From contig NC_043011.1 in NCBI RefSeq assembly GCF_006345805.1, positions 48,062,464-48,126,463 on the forward strand: a DNA stretch of 64,000 bases, in the 5' to 3' direction. This DNA is from Octopus sinensis. Lineage: Eukaryota. The notes beneath the pieces are model-generated. The model saw only the letters and a list, made by a program, of their open reading frames with translations. It was not told the origin of the DNA and did no database searches. A program made the translations under genes and the position numbers. Below are positions 24,523 to 37,276 of this stretch, piece after piece (position 1 is the stretch's first letter; every line of letters starts with the position of its first letter).

Positions 24523-24579
<57 letters not shown>

Positions 24580-24799
24580 ATATGAAAATCAAATCAAATC
24601 AAACCAAATCAAAATAGATGAACATCAATGGAATTTGTATCCTTGTGGTACCAGTGACGGTGGTACATAAGAAAACCATCCGAACGTGACCGTAGCCAGT
24701 ACCACATCGACTGGCCTCCATGCTGAGGGCACGTAACAAACACCATCCGAGCGTGTTGAACCGTCCAACCCATGCTAGCATGGAAAGCGGATGTTAAAC

Positions 24800-24833
<34 letters not shown>

Positions 24834-24844
24834 TATACATATAT

Positions 24845-25030
24845 ATCATCATCATTGTTTGACCGTGGTCGAGACAATAAAATTTACTATGCTACGCAAG
24901 ACTTCACGGTCCATCATACCATTACGGAGGTTCTGTTGCTGGATGCCTGTATCCCTGGAGATTACATCAGGGTAGGAGAATGTGCGCTCTCTGGTATCGT
25001 GAGTAGATGGCTTCCAGAGGAGAAGAGTAA
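24845..25030 (-). mobile_element. RTE-clade LINE 3' fragment (lineage G), second copy
   Basis: Matches 759-945; reads LLLWKPSTHDTRERTFSYPDVISRDTGIQQQNLRNGMMDREVLRSIVNFIVSTTVKQ*. Confidence 0.8.
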
Positions 25031-25535
25031 TATAAAGATATATATATATATATATATATATACCAATATATATACCAATATATATAAATATATATATATG
25101 TATATATATACACATACATATAAATACATATCATCATCATCATCATCGTTTAATGTCTGTTTTCCGTGCTAGCATGGGTTTGACGGTCCAACCGGGGTCG
25201 GGAAGCCAGGCACCAGGCTCCAGTCTGATCTGGCAGTGTTACTACAGCTTGATGCCCTTCCTAATGCCAAACACTCCGTGAGTGTAGTGGGTGCTTGTTA
25301 TGTGCCACCGGCACGGTGCCAGGTAAGGCTGGCAATGGCCACGATTGGTTGGTGCTTTTTACGTGCCACTGGCACGGAGGCCAGTCAGGGTGGCACTGGC
25401 AATGGCCATGTTCAGATGGTTCTTTTACATGCCACCAGCACTGGTATCACAACTACAATTTCCATTGATTTTTTAGCGATTTTGATTTTGATTCTGATAC
25501 ATATATATATATAAACACACATACACATACATATA

Positions 25536-25578
<43 letters not shown>

Positions 25579-26302
25579 TATACAAAGGTGCAGGAATGGC
25601 TGTTTGGTAAGAAGTTTTCTTCCCAACTACATGTTTCTGGAATCGGTTCTGCTGTGTGGAACCTTAGGCAAGTGTCTTCTGCTATAGCCTTGTGCCAATC
25701 AAAGCCTTATGAGTGGTTTTGATAGAGAGAAACTGAAAGAAGCCCATCATGTGTGTGTGTGTTTGTGTGCATCTGTGAGTCTGTGTTTTTGTCCACCACC
25801 ACCACTTGACTACATCCACCCTTAAAAACCCTGCCAAAACAGACATGGCAGCCTAGGGTAGATTTTCTACCTGGCCAGCTCCTGGCAACCATCCTACCTA
25901 TGCATGCATAGAAGATGGACATTAAACGATGATGATCATATATATATATATATATATAATATATATATACACACACATACATATACATATATATATATAT
26001 ACACACATACATATACACATATATATACACATATATATATATATGTGTGTATATATAATATACATATATATGTACATATAATATATAATATATATAATAC
26101 ATGCACACGCAAATACAATGGGCTTCTTTCATGTTAAGTCTGCCAAATTCACTCGCAAGGCCCTACTCAAGATGCTGTGCAGTGGCTCTGAACCTAGAAC
26201 AATGTGGTTGGGAAGCAAACTACTTACCACACAACCATACCTCATACACACACACACACACACACATATTAGAGCTATGTACACGTGTGCAATAATCTAA
26301 TT

Positions 26303-26607
26303 GTTTCACCCTTTTCAAGCCTAGCCAGGCTCATGGGCCTGGTTTCCCAGTTTCTGTGGCGTATGAGTTCCCCCCAGCTGAACGGGATGCCAGTCCATTG
26401 CAGCGTTACTCAAGAAACAGGAAGAGAGAGTGAGAGAAAGTCGTAGCGAAAGAGTACAACAGGGGTCACCACCACCCCTGTTGGAGCCTCGTGAAGCTTT
26501 TAGGTGTTTTCGCTCAATAAACACACACAACGGCTGGTCTGGGAATCAAAACCGTGATCCTCCGACAATGAGTCTGCTGCCCTAACCACTGGGCCATTGT
26601 GCCTCCA
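26303..26607 (-). mobile_element. Chimeric SINE: family C head/core plus family A tail, 11-bp TSD
   Basis: TSD AATAATCTAAT at 26291-26301 and 26610-26620; the tail matches the 3' end of 2636-2885. Confidence 0.85.
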
Positions 26608-26860
26608 CTAATAATCTAATGGGCAAAGTAAATATGTCAATACATACACATGAAAAAGGTATGAACATTATGCTTATGATGACTCAACTTGCTGGGATAT
26701 TTACAGGGCCAGTTTATCAGCAGAAACAGCTTCATGCCCTTGTTAGTTTAATATATTTACTCGCTTGAAATTAGAATATTTAGACAGACTGCACATGTGC
26801 AAATATAAAACATATACATAATACTACAAATATACATATAACACACAACATACATATATT

Positions 26861-26912
<52 letters not shown>

Positions 26913-27689
26913 TATATATTATATATTATATATTGCAGATAATTGGGTAGTCTAGTAATTATTTTCTTCTGAATGCATTTTCTTAATGCATTTTGATGAA
27001 TAACTGCATTAACAAGCCTAAATATTGCTTTTACAGTGTTTGCTCATGCACTCTAGTGGTTTAACAACCACTGTTCATGGTTGAGTGGAATATCTACGAA
27101 GTTTCTCCAAATTATAACATTGTGTGACTGGACTGTTGCTAGTGTATTAGGACTGAATGAATTTAAGCCCCTCATTAATCAAGTCTGGCTTACAACATAA
27201 TTGGCTGGACTATTTACAGAGTCATCTTTATTACATATTTATGTATATGAGATAAAGATTAAAAATTATTGGGCATACATGTTATTAACAAGAGAACCAG
27301 TTCTGAAATCGATCATGTGACAATATTTCATGATGGATTCCAATAAGCCCTCTTGACAAAAAATTGAAAAAGAAAAAAAGGTAGGAATAAAGTAAAAACT
27401 AAGAATAAAAAAAATAAGAATAAAATTTTAAAAACAAAACGTAAATATTAATTATTCATTTGCAGAAGAGAATTTCTGATTTATTCAGAAGACTATCAAT
27501 ATTTTCCACAACCAGCCTGCTTACAACAATTAAGTATTTAAAATATTACAAATATTTTAGTTAATTGTGCTAAAAGAATATTGTTTCTAAACAGGAATTG
27601 AAGATAGAACTTATGACACAATGTATTCATTTTCTTTGAGAATGTAGTAATATACTACAAGACAAACCATATCTCTAAAAAATAATCAT

Positions 27690-27950
27690 GTATTATATGT
27701 GGAGCAACAAAGGAAAAGTTTAAAGTCAGATATGCCCAACACATGCACTTATTCAACAATATATACTGAAGGAATACAATGTCTCTTTCAAGGCACATTT
27801 GGGATTTAAGAATAAAAATATAGAGTCAGAAATAATAGACAGTATCACCCCTTACATAAATGGTTGCATGACATGCTTCCCAGTGTACCACAAAAAATAG
27901 AATATATTGCATGACAAATATTCATGCTTAACAAATGAAATTAGGTTTTA
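27690..27950 (+). pseudogene. Decayed GIY-YIG endonuclease of a Penelope-like element
   Basis: Frameshifted GATKEKFKVRYAQHMHLFNNIY*RNTMSLSRHIWDL...EIIDSITPYINGCMTC resembles the PLE pattern YIG.T...FK.RY.NH..SF...YRN.T.LS.HIW.L...II....PY.NG...C..C. Confidence 0.6.
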
Positions 27951-28505
27951 GACAGAATAAAAACATTTTTAAAAAACTATTTGTTGGAGGTGTCAGAGGA
28001 AGTGTAGAAATCAGGACCAAAGTAAAATAATAGATCAATCGGACCAATAACATAGAAAAGGAAACTGTGAAAGGATATGACAACAGCAGAAAAAATCACT
28101 TAATGGCACTAGCCAGATCCCTAACAAATCAATGGAGAAAAATGGTACAATAACTTAATCACCCAACTGAGGCAAAACAACAGACAAGTTAGCTAACGAA
28201 AAGTGACAGGCTGACAAGAAGTGAAATGACTTCACAGTGACAAAATAATATTTAGAAACTGGAAGGTAGGGAGCTAGCTGAATCATGAGGACACCAAGCA
28301 AAAGGCATAGCTGAATTTTGTATGTCTTGGTTCCAAATTCTTCTAGGAGTGGGTGTGTGGTAAGCAGCTTGCTTATGAACTACATAGTTCCAGGTTCAGT
28401 GCCACTGCATGGCACCTTGGGCAAGTGTTTTCTACTATAGCCTCAGGCCGACCAAAACTTTGTGAGTGGATTTGGTAGACGGAAACTGAAAAGAAGCTCA
28501 TCGTA

Positions 28506-28554
<49 letters not shown>

Positions 28555-29657
28555 TTGTATATGTTTGTTCCCCAACATCACTTGACAACTGATGCTGGTG
28601 TGTTTACATCCCCGTAACTTAGTGGTTCGGCAAAAGAGACCGATAGAATAAGTACTAGGCTTCCAGAGAATAAGTCCTGGGGGCGATTTGCTTGACTAAA
28701 GGCGGTGCTCCAGCATGGCCACAGTCAAATTACTGAAACAAGTAAAAGAGTAAAAAGAGTAAAGAGTTGACTTTGCTTTCATTCTTTTGGGTTTGGTAAA
28801 ATAAGAACCAGTTGAGCAATGGGGTTGATGTAATCATCTTACCTCCACACTCGACCTTGCTGGCCTTGTGTCAAAATTTGAAACCAAGAATCAGGATATA
28901 AAAACTAAATAAACCAAGCAAGGCAAAACAACAGACAAATTAGAGGATGGAAAGCAAGAACCTGGCAAGAATTGAAATGACAACACACTGACAAAAAATA
29001 TTTAGAATCTGGAAGCTGGCAAGCTAGCAGAATCATTAGTACATTGGGTATTTTGTCTGTCTTTGCATTCTGGGTTCAAATTCTCCCTTGGCTTATTTTG
29101 CTTTCATTCTTTTGGGGTCAATAAAATAAGAACCAGTTGAACATTAGGGTCGATGTAATTGACTTACCACTACCTTCAAACTTGTGGGCTTGTGCCAGAA
29201 TAAGAACCAGTTGAACATTGGGGTCGATGTAATTGACTTACCACTACCTTCAAACTTATGGGCTTGTGCCAGAATTTTGGAACCAATGTTTAAAAACTGG
29301 CCATTGGAAACAATAGACACAAACGGAAGAGTGAACCAGTTCCATATGAAAAACAGCTTGAAATACCAGTAAAAATTGTCTCAAGATCACAGTGGCATTA
29401 AATCTGAAGTCTGGGAAAGAAATTTAGGGCATTTGTTTTGAATCTAAACTGGCCTTATCTACCTCAAATATTCTATCTGTTTTATGTTCAAACCAGCCAG
29501 ATTTGGCCTTTGAAACCTACCCTACAATGTTATTCTAAGGATGAACAATCGCATTATCAAAATCTTGAAGTGGTGCCCCAGCATGGCCGCAGCCTTCGGG
29601 CTGAAACATTTTTAAGGATTTAAGGATTTTAAGGATATAAGATAATGCATGGTTAAT

Positions 29658-29888
29658 CTAACCTTTTCCGATACCAACCCGGCTGAAACCGTCTCTGGCT
29701 CTGTTGTACAAATGTCTTGTTTTCATAAGTTTTGAATTAAAATCTTCCATCAAACCTTAGTCACAATTTATGTTCTTAACACAAGCTTAATGATAACTAA
29801 GTTATTTTACTAAATTCTTTGTTATATTTAACATTAATTGAAAGAAACACAGAACATCTCAAAATAAATATGGTAACGAAAGGGTTAA
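29658..29888. mobile_element. TTAA-type (piggyBac-like) MITE nested in another TTAA MITE
   Basis: Ends CTAACCTTTTCCGATAC ... GTAACGAAAGGGTTAA; the host element resumes and ends AATCTGAATGTTAAAGGGTTAA at about 29948. Confidence 0.6.
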
Positions 29889-30353
29889 AACAATGTGAAT
29901 GAATAAGCATTACATTTGACAAAGTAATCTGAATGTTAAAGGGTTAATTAAGCACTATACTCAGTTCTGTGTGTTGAGTTCTCTCTGCTACTTTTGTTTA
30001 CAAAATGCAACAGTTTAATTTACACACACATTTTCTCATATATGTATATATATATATAGGCATAGCAGCATATGTAAAGGCAATAAAATTTTAATGTTAA
30101 ATGAATATACAAAATAACTCAGAAAGGTAACAGCTTTTGCAGATATCATTATGTGTATGTACACACACCACACAAACATACACACACACCTATACATAAA
30201 AATGTGTGTATATATATATATAATATATATATATATATTATATATTATATATATATATATATATTGAGAGAGAGAGAGAGAGAGAGATTTATGTATATAT
30301 ATATATATATAGATATATATATATATATTTATGTATATATATATATATGTAAG

Positions 30354-30425
<72 letters not shown>

Positions 30426-30563
30426 TATATATATATATAATTACATATATATATATATATGTATGTAAGTATGTATATATATATATATATGTGTGTGTAA
30501 GTATGTATATATATATATTATATATATATATATATATAATATATATATATGTAAGTATGTATA

Positions 30564-30594
<31 letters not shown>

Positions 30595-31329
30595 TTGCTT
30601 ATTTCATTATGGTAAGGTGTGAACAAAATCTCCATGATGTGAGTTGTGATTATGTATTCACATTCCCGAGTAACTGACAGAATATTGTGTTGCTAACACA
30701 CTTCTCTCTTCTTACTTCTCTGTAACCATATCTATTTAATAAAATGACAGAACAACAGCAACACCAACATAACTGATTTATACATACATCAGTTTTTGAT
30801 ATGTGTATAAATCATGTAAGTAAATAAATTAATTGATAAGTAAATAAACATATACATAGGCACAGGAGTGGCTGTGTGGTAAGAAGCTTGCCTCCCAACC
30901 ACATGGTTCTGGGTTCAGTCCTACTATGTGGCACCTAGGACAAGTGTTTTCTATTATAGTCTTGGGCCAACCAAAGCCATATATACTATGGGTTTCTTTC
31001 AGTTTCTGTCTACCAAATCCACTCACAAGGCTTTGGTCGGCCCGAGGCTATAGTAGAAGACACTTGCCCAAGGTGCCACACAGTGGGACTGAACCCGGAA
31101 CCATGTGGTTCGTAAGCAAGCTACTTACCACACAGCCACTCCTGCGCCTATTGACATGTCATTAATATATCATTGTAGTGACTTAATTTAAGTTTACTAA
31201 TTTCAATGGTCAAAAGTTGTCATGTCACATTGGTGTAGAATTTAGCTGGAGTTAAACATTGCACATTGTAGCATTTAAATGCTGCAGGCTGTGTTACAAC
31301 AGTTCCCATCTTCTTCTATATTGCATTAT

Positions 31330-31720
31330 ATAATTTTGCTATAATTATGGTGTGCTATAGTATGTTACAATTGCTGGAATGGGAGACAAAACGGACTCAG
31401 CAAATTTCATTCCAAATGTCTTTAGAAAATTGGTTTATGAGATTCAGTTGCTTTTTGATACGGTTAATACTTGGCTCATACAGCTTCAGGTCATCAACAG
31501 AGAAAAGGTAAGGGTGTTATATGACCCTTTCCTATAGCCACTGTGTTGCATCATCAGGTGTGATAGGGAATTTGATGAGAGAACAAAGATATTTAGTTAT
31601 GTCTCCAGAAATGGACATAACAAAAGTTTTTTTGAAATGGAATTTCAGAAGAATACATTGCAGGCAAGATGAAAAATAAATATTCTCTTGGATAACATGC
31701 CAGTATATCTATTATAAGTT
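31330..31720 (-). mobile_element. Decayed RT-domain fragment of an R4/Dong-like LINE
   Basis: Minus reads IFVLSSNSLSHL...GYRKG...LFSVDDLKLYEPSINRIKKQLNLINQFSKDI (catalytic xxDD motif). Confidence 0.7.
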
Positions 31721-33564
31721 AGGTTTGCATGAGATTTTATACATAGGCGTAGGAGTGGCTGTGTGGTAAGTAGCTTGCTTACGAATCACATGGTTCTGGG
31801 TTCAGTCCCACTGCATTGCACCTTGGGCAAATGTCTTATACTAGAATAAGTCCTGGGGTCGATTTGCTCGACTAAAGGCGATGCTCCAGCATGGTCACAG
31901 TCAAATGACTGAAACAAGTAAAAGAGAGTATAGTTTTAGGCTAACCAAAGCTCTGTTAGAGGATTTCAAAGACAGAAATTGAAAGAAAATCATCACATAC
32001 ATGTGTGTGTGTGTGTGTCTGTTTGTCCTCACCACCACCACCTCTTGACAACCATTCTCCATGTGTTTACATTTCCATGACTTAGTGGTTCAGCAAAAGT
32101 GTCCAATAGAATAACTACCAAACTTAACAAAAGTAAGCGCTGGGGTAAATTCCTTCAAATAAAGATTCTTTAAGGCAGTGGCCCAGCATGGCTGCAGTCT
32201 AATGACTGAAACAAGTAGAAGATAAAAGGCATCAGTCCTCTCCTACTTAACTATAGGCTTTTTATACAGAAGTCGTTCCTGGAAAATTTCCCAACGCAAT
32301 ATTATCCTTTTTAAACAAACTGACAGTAAACACATCAAGCATACCCCTACCAACCCAGCACCATTCCCGGTTTTGCCCTGCCCTACCATGCTGTCAATTA
32401 AACATACTGTCATTATTTACTATGTAACGGTTGTCGGTCGCCAGAACGGCATAGAAAAATTAGCATGATCTTGTCAATTAGTCAATCTTTTTTTTTAACA
32501 GAATCATTCTCAAAAGTTTTTAGTCAGCTTAAGATGGCTTGAAAAATAAAAATAAAAATATTAAAAAAAATATATAAAAAGAACATTAATGTTTGCTATT
32601 TTTTCTTCTTCCAAAGACTTATAAGTCTTTCAGGAAACATTAATATTTGAACTGCTTAACAAACTTTTTTTTTATATTTAGATCAGTGTATTTATGCATT
32701 ATATATTCTGTCTGTTTTATGATTGTGTGTTGTTATTGTTGTTATTTTGAGTTTTTTTTAAATGTCAATTTTAAAATGGAAGTTCATTAGAGTTTCTTAG
32801 ATTATTAAAAAGACTTTTAGAACATCCAGAATAACGCTTTTACCAATATTCTCGGGAGAATATCTTTTATGTCATCTTTTGCTTTAGAAATTTTCGCATT
32901 TTTTAAATTTTATTTTTTATTTTCTTTATACTGTGTTTTGCTTTTGTGCATTTTCGTGTTTTTCCTTCTTCATTTTCATGTTTTCATTCTAAATATATTT
33001 CGGTTATTATATTCGTATGTTATTAATATTATGTTATAGTTAAAGGTGGTAAGTTGGCAGGATTGATAGACAGACTGCTTTGCAGTATCTAGTTATGCCC
33101 CTTTACATCTTGCATTCAAACCTCACCAAGGTTAGCTTTGCTTTACAGCCTTCTATAGACTGATCAGGTTGGCTTCCTTGTTTCTACAGGGGACCACTTC
33201 ACTGAAAAGCATACCATCATTTCAATAGAAAACATACTGAATAATTTCAGTGAGATGCAGTGTCTAATGAAATGAAGCTGTTGCTTATCTGTTATTTTTC
33301 TCAAGCAACAAGTAACGGCTTTCCTCAAAGCCCTCTTCCCACAAAAACTGTTGACCCTGTGACAAAATTCAAAATCATAATTTTGTTGTTATTTATCGTT
33401 TTTGTAATTAATTGTTGTTCATTCATATCTCATCATATCCATGTCTCATTACTGTGGATTTCATTCTTTTATTCACCAAAATATATTATTCTTATATTCC
33501 TGTTTTTTTTTTATCATTGTACTTGTTGCTTTTCTCCCAAATTTTGGTCTTTCTGGCTAATCAG

Positions 33565-33601
33565 GAACCAAACATTCCAGTCTCAAAAAGAAAGCAAAAC
33601 G
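33565..33601 (+). CDS. Candidate 37-nt exon of an unidentified gene
   Basis: Long pyrimidine tract, GGCTAAT branch-like motif and CAG; donor G|GTAAGA; all three frames open; no recognisable homology. Confidence 0.3.
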
Positions 33602-33714
33602 GTAAGAATCAGTGAAGTGGTGAGAAGTAGCATACCATTACATTTCTTTGCGACATCAGTTAAACTTCTGCTGTGGCCAGGAAGGCTATAATCTTTCCAA
33701 TATTAGCTAAACAA

Positions 33715-34858
33715 GTTAGGCGGTGAGCCAGCAGAACCATTAGCACACTGAGCAAAATGCTTCATGGCATTTTCATCTGTCTTTATGTACTGGTTTCAAA
33801 CTCCGCCAAGGTTGACCTTGCCTTTCATCTCTTTTGGGGTCAATAAAATAAGTACTAGTTGAGCCCTGGGGTCAATGTAAATGACTTATCCCCTCCCTCA
33901 AATTGGCTGATCTTGTGCCAAAATATGAAACCAGTATTTCTTTCTTTATTGCCCACAAGGGGCTAAACATAGCCGATACAAACAAGGACAGACAAAGGGA
34001 CTAAGTCAATTACATCGACCTCAGTGCGTAACTGGTACTTAATTTATCGACCCTGAAAGGATGAAAGGCAAAGTCGACCTCAGTGGAATTTGAACTCAGA
34101 ACATAATGGCAGATGAAATACCACTTAACATTTCACCCAGCGTGCTAACGATTCTGCCAGCTCACCGCCTTAGTCCTGTAAAATATTCTTTTCTACTCTA
34201 GGCACAGGGCCCAAAATTTTTGTGGAAGGGGCCAGTCGATTAGATCGACCCCAGTACACAACTGGTACTTAATTTATCGACTCCAAAATGATGAAAGGCA
34301 AAGTCGACCTCAGTGGAATTTGAGCTCAGAACGTAATGACAGATGAAATACCGCTTAGCCTTTCACCTAGCATGCTAATGATTCTGCCAGCTTACCACCT
34401 TTTATGAAGCCAATATTAGCAACTAGATGGCAGAATCATTAGCAGGACAAAGAAAATGCTTAGCAGTATTTCATCCGTGTTTATTCTTTCTGTTCAAATT
34501 CCTCTGAGGTCAACTTTGCTTGTCATCCATTTTGGGTTCGATAAAATAAATACCAGTTGAGCACTTGGGTTGATGTAATCAACTTACTCCCCCGACTCAC
34601 CTCAGAATTGCTGGTCTTGTGCCTATATATGAAACCAATATTAGCAGCAAGCTGGCAGAACTGTTAGCATGATGGGCAAAATACTCAGTGGTATTTCATC
34701 CACATTTATATTCCGAGTTCAAATTCCACTGAGGTCGACTTTGCCTTTTGTCCATATTGGGGTCAATACAATAAGTACCAGCTGAGCACTGGGGTCGATG
34801 TAACGGACTTATGCCCCTTCCCAAATTGCTGACAAGGTGCTAGAATTAGAAACCAATG
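33715..34858. mobile_element. Cluster of five SINE family F copies (+,-,-,+,+)
   Basis: Five heads/cores with three different tail types within 1.15 kb. Confidence 0.8.
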
Positions 34859-34924
34859 TTAGCTAAACGAAAACCAGTCATATCGTGTCAATTCAATTGA
34901 CTTTTTCCCCCTTCATCTCGTTAG

Positions 34925-34950
34925 GAGACAGTAATTTTAGTACAAATTAC
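34925..34950 (+). CDS. Candidate 26-nt exon
   Basis: TTGACTTTTTCCCCCTTCATCTCGTTAG acceptor and GTAAGT donor; phase-compatible with 33565-33601 (EPNIPVSKRKQNGDSNFSTNY). Confidence 0.28.
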
Positions 34951-35597
34951 GTAAGTTAGGTTGATTCAATAATTACCTGTAACATATAATATCCCACCTT
35001 TCCACCACCAACACCACCACCAACGCCACCACCGCCGCCGCTGGCACCACCACCACCACCACCACCACCGCTGGCGCCACCACCACCACCGCCACCGGGT
35101 CAATTAAGCCAGTCGAAACCACACACTTGTAAATGTAACAGTGATAATGATAATGAAGGGGGGGAAAAACATAATGATGATCTTATGAGGACAATGATAA
35201 TAATTATCTATTACTAACCAGACTTTAGATTTTTTTTTTTTTTTGAGGTGGGGGGCACGGAATTAGAGATTTTTCTACCAATACCAGAAAGAAGAAAAGC
35301 AAAAAAAAAGCAGAAAATGTTCTGTGGCACACACATTGTATTACTTATGACAGTGAGAAAAAAAAAAAGAATAAATGTATATATATATATATATGTATAA
35401 AAGAAAATGGATAAAGAGATAAAGACAAGGTTGATGAGGATGATAGCTATGGTGTAGTGGATGGGGACGCTGGTGATGATAAGGTTGTTCAGGGGGGAAT
35501 TAGGGATTAAAAACAAATAAAATAAAATGTAAATATGTGCATATGCAACAGTTTATGTCTACATATATATAACTGTATATGTGTGTGTGTGTATAGA

Positions 35598-35643
<46 letters not shown>

Positions 35644-35716
35644 TAGATAGATATAGATATATAGTTATACAAGCATGCATATACACACATATACATATAT
35701 ATCAATATTATATGTG

Positions 35717-35748
<32 letters not shown>

Positions 35749-35806
35749 ATACCCATATATAATGTATATATGTACATGTGTGTGTATATATATATATATA
35801 TACATG

Positions 35807-35881
<75 letters not shown>

Positions 35882-37045
35882 GTGTATGTATATATATATG
35901 TATATATGTATGTATATCTGTACATATATATGTGCATATAAACATGTATATATGCATGCATATATATATATACACACACACATACACATATGTACATACA
36001 TACACATATCCATACCAATATGCACACATACACACTCATACAAACACACATGTATTAATACATATGTGTGTGCTCATACACTCTGCCCATGCAATACATT
36101 GTTTTTTGCTTGCTTTTTTTCCCCATTTTTTTTTTGTTTTTATTGTTTTTTGCAATTTATTGCTACATCTTCGATTTTTGCCATACTTATTGCCTTATTC
36201 TAAAACGTGACTTCGTGGCAAATTCCAGCAGAGCTTGTTTCTTCATGTAAACCACTAAATTAACTGCCAATATTGGAACTCTTGTTGAAGAAAGTTCAAA
36301 CTGGTTATGAAATGAAATTTACTATCAGCTCCATTGCTGACCGAAAAATCATGTTCTATATCAAGTATACATGTTCTGTCATCGATCTGATTTGAGTTTT
36401 TATCCTGTCACTTTGAATGACATTGAGACTCAGGTAATATCCTCATCGGTATTCTGGCTCTCTTTCTGCTGTTTCTGCATCGAACTCTTCTTATCTTGTC
36501 TTAAACCCAAAAACTCCTTTCAGGTTTGCTGCTCGTGTATAACCACCCAGATCAATCCCAGCAACGACCATATTGATTTTCATTGAGAATCTAAGAGTAC
36601 ATTGCCAAATGTGTCATCCCTATATTAAAGCTGAGCCAGGATATGAATTTTGGTGAGATTTGGTTGCTATTTCTAACAGCTAAAGCAACCACATAAAGGC
36701 TCTCATACAGGCAATTTTTCAATGTGTTAGAACTTTCTTCTTCATCTATTTATCTTCTATTTTTTATCTTTTACTTGTTTCCGTCATTTGAGTGTCGCCA
36801 TGCTGGGGCACAACCTTGAAGAGTTTTAGTTGAACAAAACAACCACTGAGTTATTTTATTTTTTATACTTAGTACTTTTTACATCGGTCTCTTGTGTTGA
36901 ACTGCTGAGTTACAGGGATGTAAACACACCAACACTTGCTGTCAAGCAGTTGTAGGGACAAACACAGGCACACACATAGACACACAGACACAGACACACA
37001 CACTCACACACACACAAACACACATGACAGGCTTCTTTCAGTTCT

Positions 37046-37276
37046 TATTTTTTTATTGCCCACAAGGAACTAAACACAGAGGGGACAAACACAGACAGAC
37101 AAAGGTATTAAGCCGATTACATCAACCCCAGTGCATAACTGTACTTAATTTATCGACCCTGAAAGGATGAAAGGCTAAGTCGACCTTGGCAGAATTTGAA
37201 CTCAGAACGTAACAGCAGACGAAATGCCGCTAAGCATTTCACCCGGTGTGCTAATGATTCTGCCAGCTCGCCACCT
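37046..37276 (-). mobile_element. SINE F inserted in SINE E with 12-14-bp TSD
   Basis: CTTCTTTCAGTTCT at 37032-37045 and 37275-37288. Confidence 0.9.

Noticed and set aside
34990-35217. Formin/WASP-like poly-proline (or antisense poly-glycine) frame
   Set aside because: CCA/CCG trinucleotide repeat with an in-frame stop immediately upstream on both strands and no acceptor.
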